From an uncultured Acidimicrobiaceae bacterium (GTDB taxonomy: Bacteria; Actinomycetota; Acidimicrobiia; Acidimicrobiales; CAIXPF01): a stretch of 64,000 nucleotides of DNA. The DNA lies in NCBI GenBank assembly GCA_964453335.1, contig CAYVOK010000004.1:14682-78681 (forward strand), in the 5' to 3' direction. Positions 47,396-56,268 of this stretch are shown here, one piece after another. The notes under the pieces were generated by a model. It worked only from the letters and a program-made list of their open reading frames with translations. It searched no databases and had not been told where the DNA came from. How positions within the stretch are numbered: the stretch's first letter is position 1; every line of letters begins with the position of its first letter. The position numbers and the translations under genes were made by a program.

Positions 47396-49171
47396 TCAGG
47401 CGAGGAGCGCCTCGGGCAGGTCGACGACCTTCGCCCGCACGTACTCGCCGAGGCTCTTCGCCTGGCCGTCCTGACGGGACGACGCCGCGACGCCCTCCTC
47501 GAGCAGGCCGACGACGACGAAGTTCAGCGACCAGATGTTCGGGAAGGCGTACCGCCGGATCTCGAGACCGGCGGCGTCGGGCAGCAGTTCCGCCATCCGC
47601 TCGGCGGTGATGTTCGCCTCGAGCCAGGCGTACGCCTCCGCCGACCGGGCGAACAGGCCGACGTTCGCGTTGCCGCCCTTGTCGCCGGAACGGGCACCGA
47701 AGAGGGCGCCGAGCGGCGCCCGGCGGGTCGGGCCACCCGGCACCGGCGGCAACGTCACCCGGGTCGGCTCGACCGGCGCACCCGCCATGCCCGCCGGCGT
47801 GTTGTCGACGACGGTGCGCCCGCCGCCGAGGACCACGACCTCCTGGGGGACGAGATCGGAGGGGATGAGCGTCGGCCAGTACACGCCGTACGGCGACGCC
47901 GGACCCGGGGCACCGTTCAGCCCGTAGAACCCGGGGATCGACCCGAGTGCCAGCTCGACCGCCATGTTCGCGAAGCCGCGCCCGACCTTGCGCTCGTCAC
48001 GGTCCTTCACCGTGATCTTCAGCAGTGCGGTGGCCTCCTCGTTCGACGCAGGGTCGCCCTTGTCGGTGCGGATCAGCTGCACGCGTGCCTGGTCGAAGGT
48101 GTCCTTGCCCGCAGGGAACGCCGACCACAGCTGCTGCTCGATCAGTGCCGCCTTCGCCTCGATGTCGAGACCCGTGAGACAGAACGTGAACCCGTTGCGG
48201 TAGCCACCCTGGTAGTTCATCGCGACCTTGAGCGTCGGCGGTGCGGGTTCGCCCTTCGTGTCCGCGACGAGCACGCGATCGGGGCCGAGCTGTTCGACGC
48301 GGATCGTGTCGAACCGGCACGTCACGTCCGGGTTCAGGTACCGCTCCGAGGTGATCTCGTAGAGGAGCTGCGAGGTCACCGTGCCGACCGACACCTGCCC
48401 GCCCGTGCCCTCGTGCTTCGTGATCACCGACGAACCGTCCGGGTACAGCTCGGCGATCGGGAACCCGGGGTAGCGGAGGTCGGGGATCTCCGTGAAGAAG
48501 CTGTAGTTGCCGCCCGTCGCCTGCGCGCCGCACTCGATCACGTGGCCCGCGACGCACGCACCGGCGAGGCGGTCCCAGTCGTCGCGCTGCCAACCGAAGT
48601 GGAACGCCGGCGCGGCCATCACGATCGCTGCGTCCGTCGCCCGACCGGTGATCACCACGTCGGCACCCTGCTGCAACGCCTCGACGATGCCCCAGCAGCC
48701 GATGTAGGCGTTCGCCGTGACGATCTCGACACCCTTCGCCGCGAGCGACTCGCCGGTGTCCATGTTGCGGAACTCGTGACCCGCCGCCATCAACTCGGGG
48801 AGCCGACCGGTGAGGTCGTCGCCGAGCACGTAGGCGATCTTCGCCGTGACCCCGGCACGCTCGGCCACCTCGGCGACCGCCGCCGCACACCCCGCCGGGT
48901 CGAGACCGCCGGCGTTCGTGATGACCTTGATGCCCCGCTCGACGCACGTGCCGAGCACCTGCTCCATCTGGGTGACGAACGTGCGGGCCCAACCCCCGCT
49001 GCGGCCACCGGACTTGGTGCGGGCGAGGATCAGCATGGTGAGCTCGGCCAGCCAGTCACCGGTCAGGTAGTCGATGTCACCGCCCTCGACCTGTTCGAGC
49101 GCGGCGGAGACACGGTCCCCGTAGAACCCGCTGCAGTTCGCGACTCGGATGGCACCATCGGGCGTCGGCAT
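47396..49171 (-). CDS. AtuA-like acyclic-terpene-utilisation family protein (DUF1446 plus C-terminal DUF4387-like region)
   Basis: 591 aa. IRVANCSGFYGDR...DYLTGDWLAELTM...VITNAGG...NAYIGCWGIVEAL...VVITGR. Called from my memory of the family. Confidence 0.65.
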   Translation of the reverse strand: MPTPDGAIRVANCSGFYGDRVSAALEQVEGGDIDYLTGDWLAELTMLILARTKSGGRSGGWARTFVTQMEQVLGTCVERGIKVITNAGGLDPAGCAAAVAEVAERAGVTAKIAYVLGDDLTGRLPELMAAGHEFRNMDTGESLAAKGVEIVTANAYIGCWGIVEALQQGADVVITGRATDAAIVMAAPAFHFGWQRDDWDRLAGACVAGHVIECGAQATGGNYSFFTEIPDLRYPGFPIAELYPDGSSVITKHEGTGGQVSVGTVTSQLLYEITSERYLNPDVTCRFDTIRVEQLGPDRVLVADTKGEPAPPTLKVAMNYQGGYRNGFTFCLTGLDIEAKAALIEQQLWSAFPAGKDTFDQARVQLIRTDKGDPASNEEATALLKITVKDRDERKVGRGFANMAVELALGSIPGFYGLNGAPGPASPYGVYWPTLIPSDLVPQEVVVLGGGRTVVDNTPAGMAGAPVEPTRVTLPPVPGGPTRRAPLGALFGARSGDKGGNANVGLFARSAEAYAWLEANITAERMAELLPDAAGLEIRRYAFPNIWSLNFVVVGLLEEGVAASSRQDGQAKSLGEYVRAKVVDLPEALLA

Positions 49172-49181
49172 GTGGGGGAAC

Positions 49182-49730
49182 CTAGTGCGCGCGCACGAGG
49201 GCCATCGTCTCCTCGACGGGCAGGCCGATCACGTTCGTCAGGCTGCCCGAGACCGCCTCCACGAAGCGGGCAGCGAGGCCCTGCACGGCGTAACCGCCCG
49301 CCTTGTCGTAGGGCTCCTCGGTGCCCACGTACCAGGCGACGGTTGCGTCGTCGATCGGCGCGAACACGACCTCCGTGGTCACCACGACGTGTGACGAGCC
49401 CGACGTCCCGATGACTGCGACACCGGTGTGCACGAGGTGCGCACGCCCGGCGAGCGACCGCAGCATCGCCTCGGCCTCGGCCGCATCGGCGGGTTTGCCG
49501 AGCGACACGCCGTCGAGATCGACGGTTGTGTCCGCCGCGACCACGACCGCACCCGCGCGCGACCCGACCGCCGCCGCCTTCGCGCGGGCGAGGCGGGCGA
49601 CCATCTCCCGGGGGGACTCCCCCGGCACCGGCGTCTCGTCGACATCGGCGGGCACCACCTGCACGTCGAGCCCGACACCCTCGAGCAACGCCCGACGACG
49701 GGGCGAGGCGGAGGCGAGGACGACGCGCAC
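49182..49730 (-). CDS. maf: Maf-family nucleoside-triphosphate pyrophosphatase
   Basis: 182 aa from GTG 49728-49730. VVLASASPRRRALL...ADT.V...GKP...KAGGYA.QG. Confidence 0.85.
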   Translation of the reverse strand: MRVVLASASPRRRALLEGVGLDVQVVPADVDETPVPGESPREMVARLARAKAAAVGSRAGAVVVAADTTVDLDGVSLGKPADAAEAEAMLRSLAGRAHLVHTGVAVIGTSGSSHVVVTTEVVFAPIDDATVAWYVGTEEPYDKAGGYAVQGLAARFVEAVSGSLTNVIGLPVEETMALVRAH

Positions 49731-49737
49731 GGCACGG

Positions 49738-49743
49738 ACGCTA
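49738..49743 (-). promoter_or_regulatory. -10 hexamer TAGCGT, 7 nt before the maf GTG (leaderless pattern)
   Basis: Minus-strand read: TAGCGT ccgtgcc GTG. Confidence 0.4.
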
Positions 49744-49806
49744 GCGAGCGGGCATGATCGCGCCCGACGGCGGGCCATCGACACGACCGCCGTCGAGGGA
49801 GGGGAC

Positions 49807-50691
49807 ATGAAGTTCGGCCTGCGCTATGCGAACCTCGGCCGGTTCGTCGACGGACCGCCCGCCACCGAGATCGCCCAGGCGGCGGAAGCCGCCGGGTTCG
49901 AGTCGATCTGGACGATCGAACACGTCCTCGTCCCCGCCGACTACGAGTCGCGCTACCCGTACTCGCCGACGGGGAAGATGACGTCGGACCACTCGATGGA
50001 CATCCCCGACCCGCTCATCTGGCTGGCATGGGTCGCCGCGGTCACCGAACGGATCAACCTTGCGACCGGCATCCTCATCGTCCCGCAGCGCAACCCGCTG
50101 GTGCTCGCGAAGACGGTCGCCACCCTCGACGCGATGAGCGGCGGGCGCGTGCGACTCGGCATCGGTGTCGGCTGGCTCGAGGAGGAGTTCGACGCCCTCG
50201 GCGTGCCGTTCGCCGCACGAGGACCACGCACCGACGACTACATCGCAGCGATGCGATCGCTGTGGGAGACCGCCGACGGACCGGCGAGCCACCCCGGCCG
50301 GTTCGTCGACTTCGCCGACGTGTACTCGCGCCCGCTTCCCGCTGCGCCCGGCGGTCGTGTGCCGATCATCGTCGGCGGGCAGACACCGCCGGCTGCGCAG
50401 CGCGCCGGCCGGCTCGGCGACGGGTACTTCCCCGCACGCGAGCAGCCGTGGGACCTAATCGACGAGATGCGTCGCACCGCCGAGGCGCACGGACGCGACC
50501 CCGACGCGATCGAACTGACGCTCAGCGCACCCGAGGACCCCGACGGGCTCGCCGAGCTCGCCCGGCGTCTCCGACCGACGGACCGCGTGCTCGTCCCGGT
50601 CACCGGCCTCGTCGGCCTCGGCCGTCAGCTCGACAACCCCGAGGACATCGCCCGCTACGGGCGGGAGATCATCGAACGGTTCGACCGCTGA
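49807..50691 (+). CDS. LLM-class F420-dependent oxidoreductase (paralog of 43355-44209)
   Basis: 294 aa from ATG 49807 (SD GGGAGGGG). Collinear with the other LLM: MKFG..ANLG...GFESIW.EHVLVP...PQRNP.VLAK.VATLDAMSGGR...GVGWLEEEF. Confidence 0.8.
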   Translation: MKFGLRYANLGRFVDGPPATEIAQAAEAAGFESIWTIEHVLVPADYESRYPYSPTGKMTSDHSMDIPDPLIWLAWVAAVTERINLATGILIVPQRNPLVLAKTVATLDAMSGGRVRLGIGVGWLEEEFDALGVPFAARGPRTDDYIAAMRSLWETADGPASHPGRFVDFADVYSRPLPAAPGGRVPIIVGGQTPPAAQRAGRLGDGYFPAREQPWDLIDEMRRTAEAHGRDPDAIELTLSAPEDPDGLAELARRLRPTDRVLVPVTGLVGLGRQLDNPEDIARYGREIIERFDR

Positions 50692-50711
50692 CGCAGGGCG
50701 CCCGGCGTCAG
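50688..50711. terminator. hairpin CTGACGC-(10 nt)-GCGTCAG spanning both stop codons of convergent genes
   Basis: Read directly. 7-bp stem; candidate bidirectional terminator. Confidence 0.3.
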
Positions 50712-51157
50712 CCGATCCGCTCCCACTGCACGAGCGTGTACGGGGTCTCGACGTCGTCGTGGTCCTCGAAGTGGGCCCGCACCCGGTCACCGATCTCGAA
50801 GGGCTGCAACGGATCACCGACGAGGTTGCCGACCATCCGCACGCCGCCCGCGTGCGGGAGCTCGACGAGCAGCACGACGTACGGTCCCGCTTCGGCGAGT
50901 GCCCGGTGCACCGGGTACCAGGGGCGCTCCCAGCTGTAGATCACGCCGGTCGCCTCGACCTCGGTCCACCCGACGTCGAACCCGAGACAATGATGACAGT
51001 TCCACTCGGGGCCCCACTGCCAACCGCCGCAGCCGTTGCAGCGCTGCACGACGAGCTCGTGCCGGCGCGTCGCCGCCCAGAACGGCGCGTCGAGGCCGTC
51101 GCGCATCGGCACCGGCGCAGGCAGGCCCGGCGGCAGTACGTGATCCCGCTCGCTCAT
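50708..51157 (-). CDS. Zn-ribbon/OB-fold protein (DUF35 family), thiolase partner
   Basis: 149 aa. CNGCGGWQWGPEWNCHHC zinc ribbon followed by an OB fold. ATGA overlap with the upstream thiolase at 51154-51157. Confidence 0.8.
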   Translation of the reverse strand: MSERDHVLPPGLPAPVPMRDGLDAPFWAATRRHELVVQRCNGCGGWQWGPEWNCHHCLGFDVGWTEVEATGVIYSWERPWYPVHRALAEAGPYVVLLVELPHAGGVRMVGNLVGDPLQPFEIGDRVRAHFEDHDDVETPYTLVQWERIG

Positions 51158-52341
51158 CCCAACGCCTCCCCGTTCCCGACGATCAGACTCGACACGACCG
51201 GCACCATCGGGCCGGCGCTCGCGAGCGCCACCTTCGCCCCCGGCACCTGGTTCGACGACACACCCCGGATCTGCCGCACCGCCTCGATGACGAGACCGAG
51301 ACCGTGCATGTAGCACTCGGCGAGGTTCCCGCCGCTCGTGTTGAGCGGCAGCCGACCGGTCGGTGCCACGAGGTTGTCGAAGGTGAGCACCTCGTTCGCG
51401 TTCTCGTAGGTGCAGAACCCGTGCTCGATGAGGCTCATCAGCACGCCGCCCGTGAAGTTCTCGTAGGACTGCACCACGTCGACGTCGGCGGGGCCGACCT
51501 GCGCCTGTGCGTAGAGGCGGTCGGCGACGTGCTTGAACGACGACGTCGCGTAGTCGGTGTTGTTGTCCGCCCACGCCCCGCTGCGGTGCGGGCCGCCCTG
51601 CTGGGCGCCGAGCACGTACACCGGGTCGGCACGCAGCTCGCGCGCCCGTTCGGCCGACATGAGCACGACCGCGGCGGCACCGTCGTTCTCCTGGCAGCAG
51701 TCGAAGAGCCGGTACGGCTCGACGATCCAGCGCGACTCGTCGTACGCCTCGGGGGTGAGCGGCCGTCCGTACATCACCGCACGCGGGTTGTTCTGCGCAT
51801 GGTGGTAGGCGGCGAGCGCGATGGCCTTCATCGTGTCGCGGCTGATGCCGTGCTCCCACAGCACGCGCGTCGTGCGCATCGCGTAGCTCTGCGCCGGCGA
51901 GATCTTGCCGTAGGGGATCTGGTAGGCGTACTCGCCCGAGATCGGTCGCGACCCGCCGCCCTGACCGAACCGGCCGAACTGCCCCTGGGCGAGCGACCGG
52001 AACGCGACGACGCAGTCGGCGTTCCCGGCGACGATCGCCGCAGCGGCGTTGCCGACCGCACCGGCCGCGCCGCCACCGCCCGACGTCCACTGCATGTTCG
52101 AGAACCGCAGTTCCCGCAGCCCGAGCGCCGCCGCGAGCCGGGGCGGGTCGTTGCGGTCGTTGCTGTAGGAGCAGAAGCCGTCGATCTCCGACGGCGCGAT
52201 GCCGGCGTCGGCGCACGCGGCGAGGATCGCCTTCAGCAACAGCACGAACTCGGGGTCCGGCGATTGCCCGCGCTTGTAGTACGTCGACTCGCCGACACCG
52301 ACGACGGCGACCTTGCCCCGAACGGTCAGGTCGTTGCCCAT
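51154..52341 (-). CDS. SCP-x/Ltp-type thiolase (lipid-transfer-protein family)
   Basis: 395 aa from ATG 52339-52341 (SD GAGGGGGGA). VAVVGVGEST...FDCCQENDGAAAVVL...NTSGGNLAECYMHG. Confidence 0.8.
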   Translation of the reverse strand: MGNDLTVRGKVAVVGVGESTYYKRGQSPDPEFVLLLKAILAACADAGIAPSEIDGFCSYSNDRNDPPRLAAALGLRELRFSNMQWTSGGGGAAGAVGNAAAAIVAGNADCVVAFRSLAQGQFGRFGQGGGSRPISGEYAYQIPYGKISPAQSYAMRTTRVLWEHGISRDTMKAIALAAYHHAQNNPRAVMYGRPLTPEAYDESRWIVEPYRLFDCCQENDGAAAVVLMSAERARELRADPVYVLGAQQGGPHRSGAWADNNTDYATSSFKHVADRLYAQAQVGPADVDVVQSYENFTGGVLMSLIEHGFCTYENANEVLTFDNLVAPTGRLPLNTSGGNLAECYMHGLGLVIEAVRQIRGVSSNQVPGAKVALASAGPMVPVVSSLIVGNGEALG

Positions 52342-52491
52342 GTCCCCCCTCGTGCACCGGTGCCCACCCGCGGGGACGACGCCCGGTGCGCCCGCACCAT
52401 GCCACGCCGCACGACCCGGGGCCAGCACGCCGACGCTCCGGTAGTGTCCCGGGCGGGATTCCGGGGGGAACCGGGCAGGGGGGAGAGCACG

Positions 52492-53697
52492 ATGGCACTG
52501 ATCGAGGACGTCCGCCGTGACGCCGACAACAGCGACCTCATCGACGGCATCAAGATCATCGACGTCGACTCGCACTGGTCGGAACAGCACGACCTGTGGA
52601 CCTCGCGTGCACCGGCGAAGTACCGCGACCTCGTGCCCCAGGTCGCCGAGGTGAACGGTCAGCGCCGGTGGGTCGTGGACGGGTCGATCCCGATCGCCAC
52701 GCTCACCGCCGCATCGGTCGTCGGCCCCGACGGCGCGAAGATCCTCGGTACGCGGTTCACCCGCCTCGACGTCGACGTGGTGCACCGCGCCAGCTACGAA
52801 CCCGAGGCCCGCGTGCAGATGCTCGACGAGCTCGGCATCTACGCGCAGATCGTGTACCCGAACATCGCCGGGTTCGGGAACCAGAACTTCCTCAAGGTGT
52901 CCGACGCCGACCTCCGGCTCGCGTGCGTCGAGATCTACAACGACGCCGCCGCGGAGATGCAGGAGATCTCCGGCGGGCGGCTGCTCCCGATGGCGCTCGT
53001 GCCGTGGTGGGACATCGACGCATCGGTGCGCGAGATCCGTCGCTGCCATGCGATGGGGATGCGCGGCGTCGTCACCTGCTCCAACCCCCAGGACATCGGC
53101 ATGGACGACCTCGGCACCGCGACGTGGAACCCGTTCTGGGACGTCTGCGTCGAGCTCGAGATGCCGGTGAACTTCCACATCGGATCGTCCGCGTCGGTGA
53201 TGGACTGGTTCGGCCGCACGCCGTGGCCGTCGATGAACGGCGAGCAGAAGCTGTCCGTCGGCTCCGCGAACCTGTTCCTCGGGAACGCACAGGTGATCGG
53301 CAACCTGATCTACACCGGTGTCGCCGAGCGCTACCCGGACCTCAAGTTCGTGTCCGTCGAATCGGGCGTCGGGTGGATCCCGTTCTTCCTCGAGGCGCTC
53401 GACTACCAGATGTACGAGACCGCACCGGGTGAGCGCTCGAAGCTGTCGCTGCTCCCCTCGGAGTACTTCCGTCGGCAGTTCTTCGGCTGTTTCTGGTTCG
53501 AGTCGTCCGCGCTGACCCGCCTGCTCGACGTGCTCGGCCCGAACAACGTGATGTTCGAGACCGACTTCCCGCACCCGACGTGCCTGTACCCGAAGTCGGA
53601 CGAACGGGTCCGCCGCTCGATCGGTGAGCTCGACTTCGCGACCCGGAAGCGGATCCTGCAGGACAACGCCGCGGAGTTGTACAAGATCCCCGTCTGA
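52492..53697 (+). CDS. amidohydrolase-2 (ACMSD-like metal-dependent hydrolase/decarboxylase) family
   Basis: 401 aa. IIDVDSHW metal-binding HxH-like start, ...FHIGSS..., ...MFETDFPHP. Confidence 0.75.
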   Translation: MALIEDVRRDADNSDLIDGIKIIDVDSHWSEQHDLWTSRAPAKYRDLVPQVAEVNGQRRWVVDGSIPIATLTAASVVGPDGAKILGTRFTRLDVDVVHRASYEPEARVQMLDELGIYAQIVYPNIAGFGNQNFLKVSDADLRLACVEIYNDAAAEMQEISGGRLLPMALVPWWDIDASVREIRRCHAMGMRGVVTCSNPQDIGMDDLGTATWNPFWDVCVELEMPVNFHIGSSASVMDWFGRTPWPSMNGEQKLSVGSANLFLGNAQVIGNLIYTGVAERYPDLKFVSVESGVGWIPFFLEALDYQMYETAPGERSKLSLLPSEYFRRQFFGCFWFESSALTRLLDVLGPNNVMFETDFPHPTCLYPKSDERVRRSIGELDFATRKRILQDNAAELYKIPV

Positions 53698-53717
53698 GTG
53701 CGCGAAACTCGCCGCCC

Positions 53718-54455
53718 ATGACGGCGCAGGCGGGGGTCACGATCACGCTCATCGTCGCGGTCGTCTTCCTCGTCACCCGGATCACCGGGTTCGGTGGTGC
53801 ACTGATCGGCGTCCCCCTCATCTCCCTCGTGGTCGGACCGCGCACCGCGGTGGTCTCCGCTGTCGTGCTCGGGATCGCGTCGACCGGCTACCTCGCGGTC
53901 ACGCTGCGCGCACTGATCGACCGGCCGGTGTTGCGCCGCATCGTGCCCGGTGTGCTCGTCGGCCTCGTCCCCGGCGCCGTGATCCTGCGGATCGTCGACG
54001 AGGACACGCTGCGGGCGATGCTCGCCGTCGCGGTGGTCGGCGGAGCCACCCTCGTCCTCCGGCAGCGCAACCGCCCACCGCTCGATCTCCCGAACTGGGT
54101 CGACACCGCTGCCGGCGGGTTGGCCGGCGCGCTGACCACGTCGCTGTCGACGAACGGGCCGCCGATCGTCGTGCTCCTGCAGGCGCGCGGTCTCGAACCG
54201 GAACCGTTCAGGGCCACCCTGTCCGCGACGTTCGTCTCGGCGAACGTCGTGGGCGTGGCGCTGCTCGGTGCGTCGGGACAGCTCGTGCCCGACGTGTGGT
54301 GGACCGTCGCCGTCGCCCTCCCCGGCCTCGCGGTCGGTCAGTACCTCGGCCTGAAGCTCGCCCGACGCGTGCCGAAGCGGTACTTCTCGACGATCGTCGT
54401 CGTGATGCTCTGCGCGAGCGTCGTCTCGATCACCGTCGGGATCGTCCGCTCCTGA
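53718..54455 (+). CDS. TauE/SafE-family anion (sulfite) exporter-like membrane protein
   Basis: 245 aa, about 7-8 TM. Family-typical TGFGGALIGVPL and GLAGALTTSLSTNGPP repeats. Confidence 0.7.
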   Translation: MTAQAGVTITLIVAVVFLVTRITGFGGALIGVPLISLVVGPRTAVVSAVVLGIASTGYLAVTLRALIDRPVLRRIVPGVLVGLVPGAVILRIVDEDTLRAMLAVAVVGGATLVLRQRNRPPLDLPNWVDTAAGGLAGALTTSLSTNGPPIVVLLQARGLEPEPFRATLSATFVSANVVGVALLGASGQLVPDVWWTVAVALPGLAVGQYLGLKLARRVPKRYFSTIVVVMLCASVVSITVGIVRS

Positions 54456-54459
54456 ACGG

Positions 54460-56046
54460 TCAGCCGCCGGCGAGCAGTTCGGCGGCCCGGTCGCGCAACT
54501 CCGTCTTGAGCACCTTGTTCGACGGGTTCAGCGGCAGCGCGTCGACGAGCCACACGGCGCGCGGCACCTTGTAGTTCGCCATCTGCTCGCGGCACCACGC
54601 GATCAGCGCGTCCGGTTCGGGGGCGGGGCCCGGAGCGGGCACCACGAACGCCGCCCCGACCTCGCCGAGACGCTCGTCGGGGATGCCGATCACTGCGACC
54701 TGGCCGATCTGGGGGTGCTCGATCATCATCCGTTCGATCTCGGCCGGGTATGCGTTGAACCCGCCGACGATGAACATGTCCTTCATCCGGTCGGTGATGT
54801 CGATGTAGCCGCGGTCGTCCATCACGGCGATGTCACCGGTGCGCAGCCAGCCGTCGGGCGTGATCGTCGCCGCCGTCTGCTCGGGGTCGTCGAGGTACCC
54901 GGCCATCACGTTGAAGCCGCGCACCCACAGCTCACCCGGGGTCCCGCGGGGGACCTCGGTGCCGTCCTCGTCGACGATGCGCAGCTCGACGCCGTCGAGC
55001 GCCCGACCGGACGTCTTCGCGATCGTCTCGGCGTCGTCCTCGGGTCGGCAGATCGACGCGAGCCCGTGCGTCTCCGTCATCCCGTAGGCGGTGATGACCG
55101 CCGACATCCCGAGCCGTTCCCGCATCTGGACGACCATCTCGACGGGGATCGTCGCAGCGCCCGTCACACAGCGCTGCAGCGACGACACGTCGTAGCGGTC
55201 GAGGTCGGGGTGGTTGAGCAGGCCCTGGAAGATCGCCGGGGGTCCCGGGGCGATGTTCACCCGTTCGGCCTCGATCACCTCGAGCACCTTCGTCGCGTCG
55301 AACACCGCCCACGGCAGGATCGTCGCGCCGAACAGCATCGCCGGCACGATCCCACCGTTCAGCCCGAACGCATGGAAGAACGGCGAGATGATGAGGTACC
55401 GCTCGCCGCGCTGGATCCCCATGCAGGAGCCGTAGTACCCGAACCCGCGGATGATCGGGTTGTGCAGCACCATCACGCCCTTCGGCAGACCGGTGGTGCC
55501 CGACGTGAACATCACGAGCCCCATGTCGTCGGGGCGGATCGCCGCGACCCGGCGCGCGACCTCGGCGCGGGCGGCGTCGTCCGCGAGCCCGACGAGATCG
55601 GTCCTGCTCATCGCCCCGGCAGGGGTGGTACCGCGCAGCACCACCCGCCGCCGCAGCAGCGGCAGGTCCTCACCCGACGCGTCGAGCATGCCGAGGTAGT
55701 CGGCGTCGAGGAACCCGGTCACGGTGACGAGCACCCGCACCTTCGCCTTGCCGAGCACGTACGCCGCCTCGCGTCCCTTGAACCGGGTGTTGACGGGGAC
55801 GAGCACGCCGCCGGCACGGAACGTGCCGATCGCCGCGACGACCCATTCCCAGATGTTCGGCGCCCACAGCGCGACGGCCTCGCCCGGCTGCAACCCGTCC
55901 GCGATCAGACCGGCCGCGAACGCGTCGATCTCGTCCGCGAGCGCGGCGTAGGACATGCGGACGTCACCGTCGACGATCCCCTCGATGTCGGCGAAGTTCG
56001 CACGGACGTGGTCGACGAGATCGGCGAGCGTCTGCGGCGGGGTCAT
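54460..56046 (-). CDS. AMP-dependent acyl-CoA synthetase/ligase
   Basis: 528 aa. FTSGTTGLPKGV, GYGMTE-like AYGMTET, GDIAVMDDRGY, PSNKVLK. Confidence 0.9.
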   Translation of the reverse strand: MTPPQTLADLVDHVRANFADIEGIVDGDVRMSYAALADEIDAFAAGLIADGLQPGEAVALWAPNIWEWVVAAIGTFRAGGVLVPVNTRFKGREAAYVLGKAKVRVLVTVTGFLDADYLGMLDASGEDLPLLRRRVVLRGTTPAGAMSRTDLVGLADDAARAEVARRVAAIRPDDMGLVMFTSGTTGLPKGVMVLHNPIIRGFGYYGSCMGIQRGERYLIISPFFHAFGLNGGIVPAMLFGATILPWAVFDATKVLEVIEAERVNIAPGPPAIFQGLLNHPDLDRYDVSSLQRCVTGAATIPVEMVVQMRERLGMSAVITAYGMTETHGLASICRPEDDAETIAKTSGRALDGVELRIVDEDGTEVPRGTPGELWVRGFNVMAGYLDDPEQTAATITPDGWLRTGDIAVMDDRGYIDITDRMKDMFIVGGFNAYPAEIERMMIEHPQIGQVAVIGIPDERLGEVGAAFVVPAPGPAPEPDALIAWCREQMANYKVPRAVWLVDALPLNPSNKVLKTELRDRAAELLAGG

Positions 56047-56051
56047 CGGAT

Positions 56052-56067
56052 GCGCTCCATGGAGCGC
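56052..56067. promoter_or_regulatory. perfect 16-bp palindrome GCGCTCCATGGAGCGC in the 26-nt gap before the ligase ATG
   Basis: Read directly. The mRNA-sense 3' arm contains the only SD-like GGAG (8 nt from the ATG). TAACAT (56070-56075) lies just upstream. Confidence 0.4.
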
Positions 56068-56072
56068 GGATG

Positions 56073-56267
56073 TTACCGGTCGTCCCCTGCGGCGTCTTCC
56101 GCTCTGCCCCGGGCCGCGCGCCGCCGCAACCAGGTGAACGCGCCGTACCCGACGAAGAGCAGACCGAGGCCGATCTGCGCGATCGTCCGCTGCGTCGACC
56201 GGCCGTCCGACTCGGCGGCGAGCAGCAGGAAGGCGAGGAGGTCGGGCGACGACGGCACGACGGGCAC
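56073..56267 (-). CDS. 64-aa putative small membrane protein, hypothetical
   Basis: Hand-translated from GTG 56265-56267, 1 nt after the stop of the upstream gene: VPVVPSSPDLLAFLLLAAE...IAQIGLGLLFVGYGAFTWLRRR. The track shows only a longer out-of-context ORF. Confidence 0.3.
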   Translation of the reverse strand: MPVVPSSPDLLAFLLLAAESDGRSTQRTIAQIGLGLLFVGYGAFTWLRRRAARGRAEDAAGDDR

Positions 56268-56268
56268 G

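Noticed and set aside
52342-52491. 150-nt divergent spacer between the Ltp thiolase and the amidohydrolase, searched for KstR/KstR2-type operators.
   Set aside because: No TnnAACnnGTTnnA or AnCAAGnnCTTGnT match, only GC-rich short stems (CCCGG...CCGGG).
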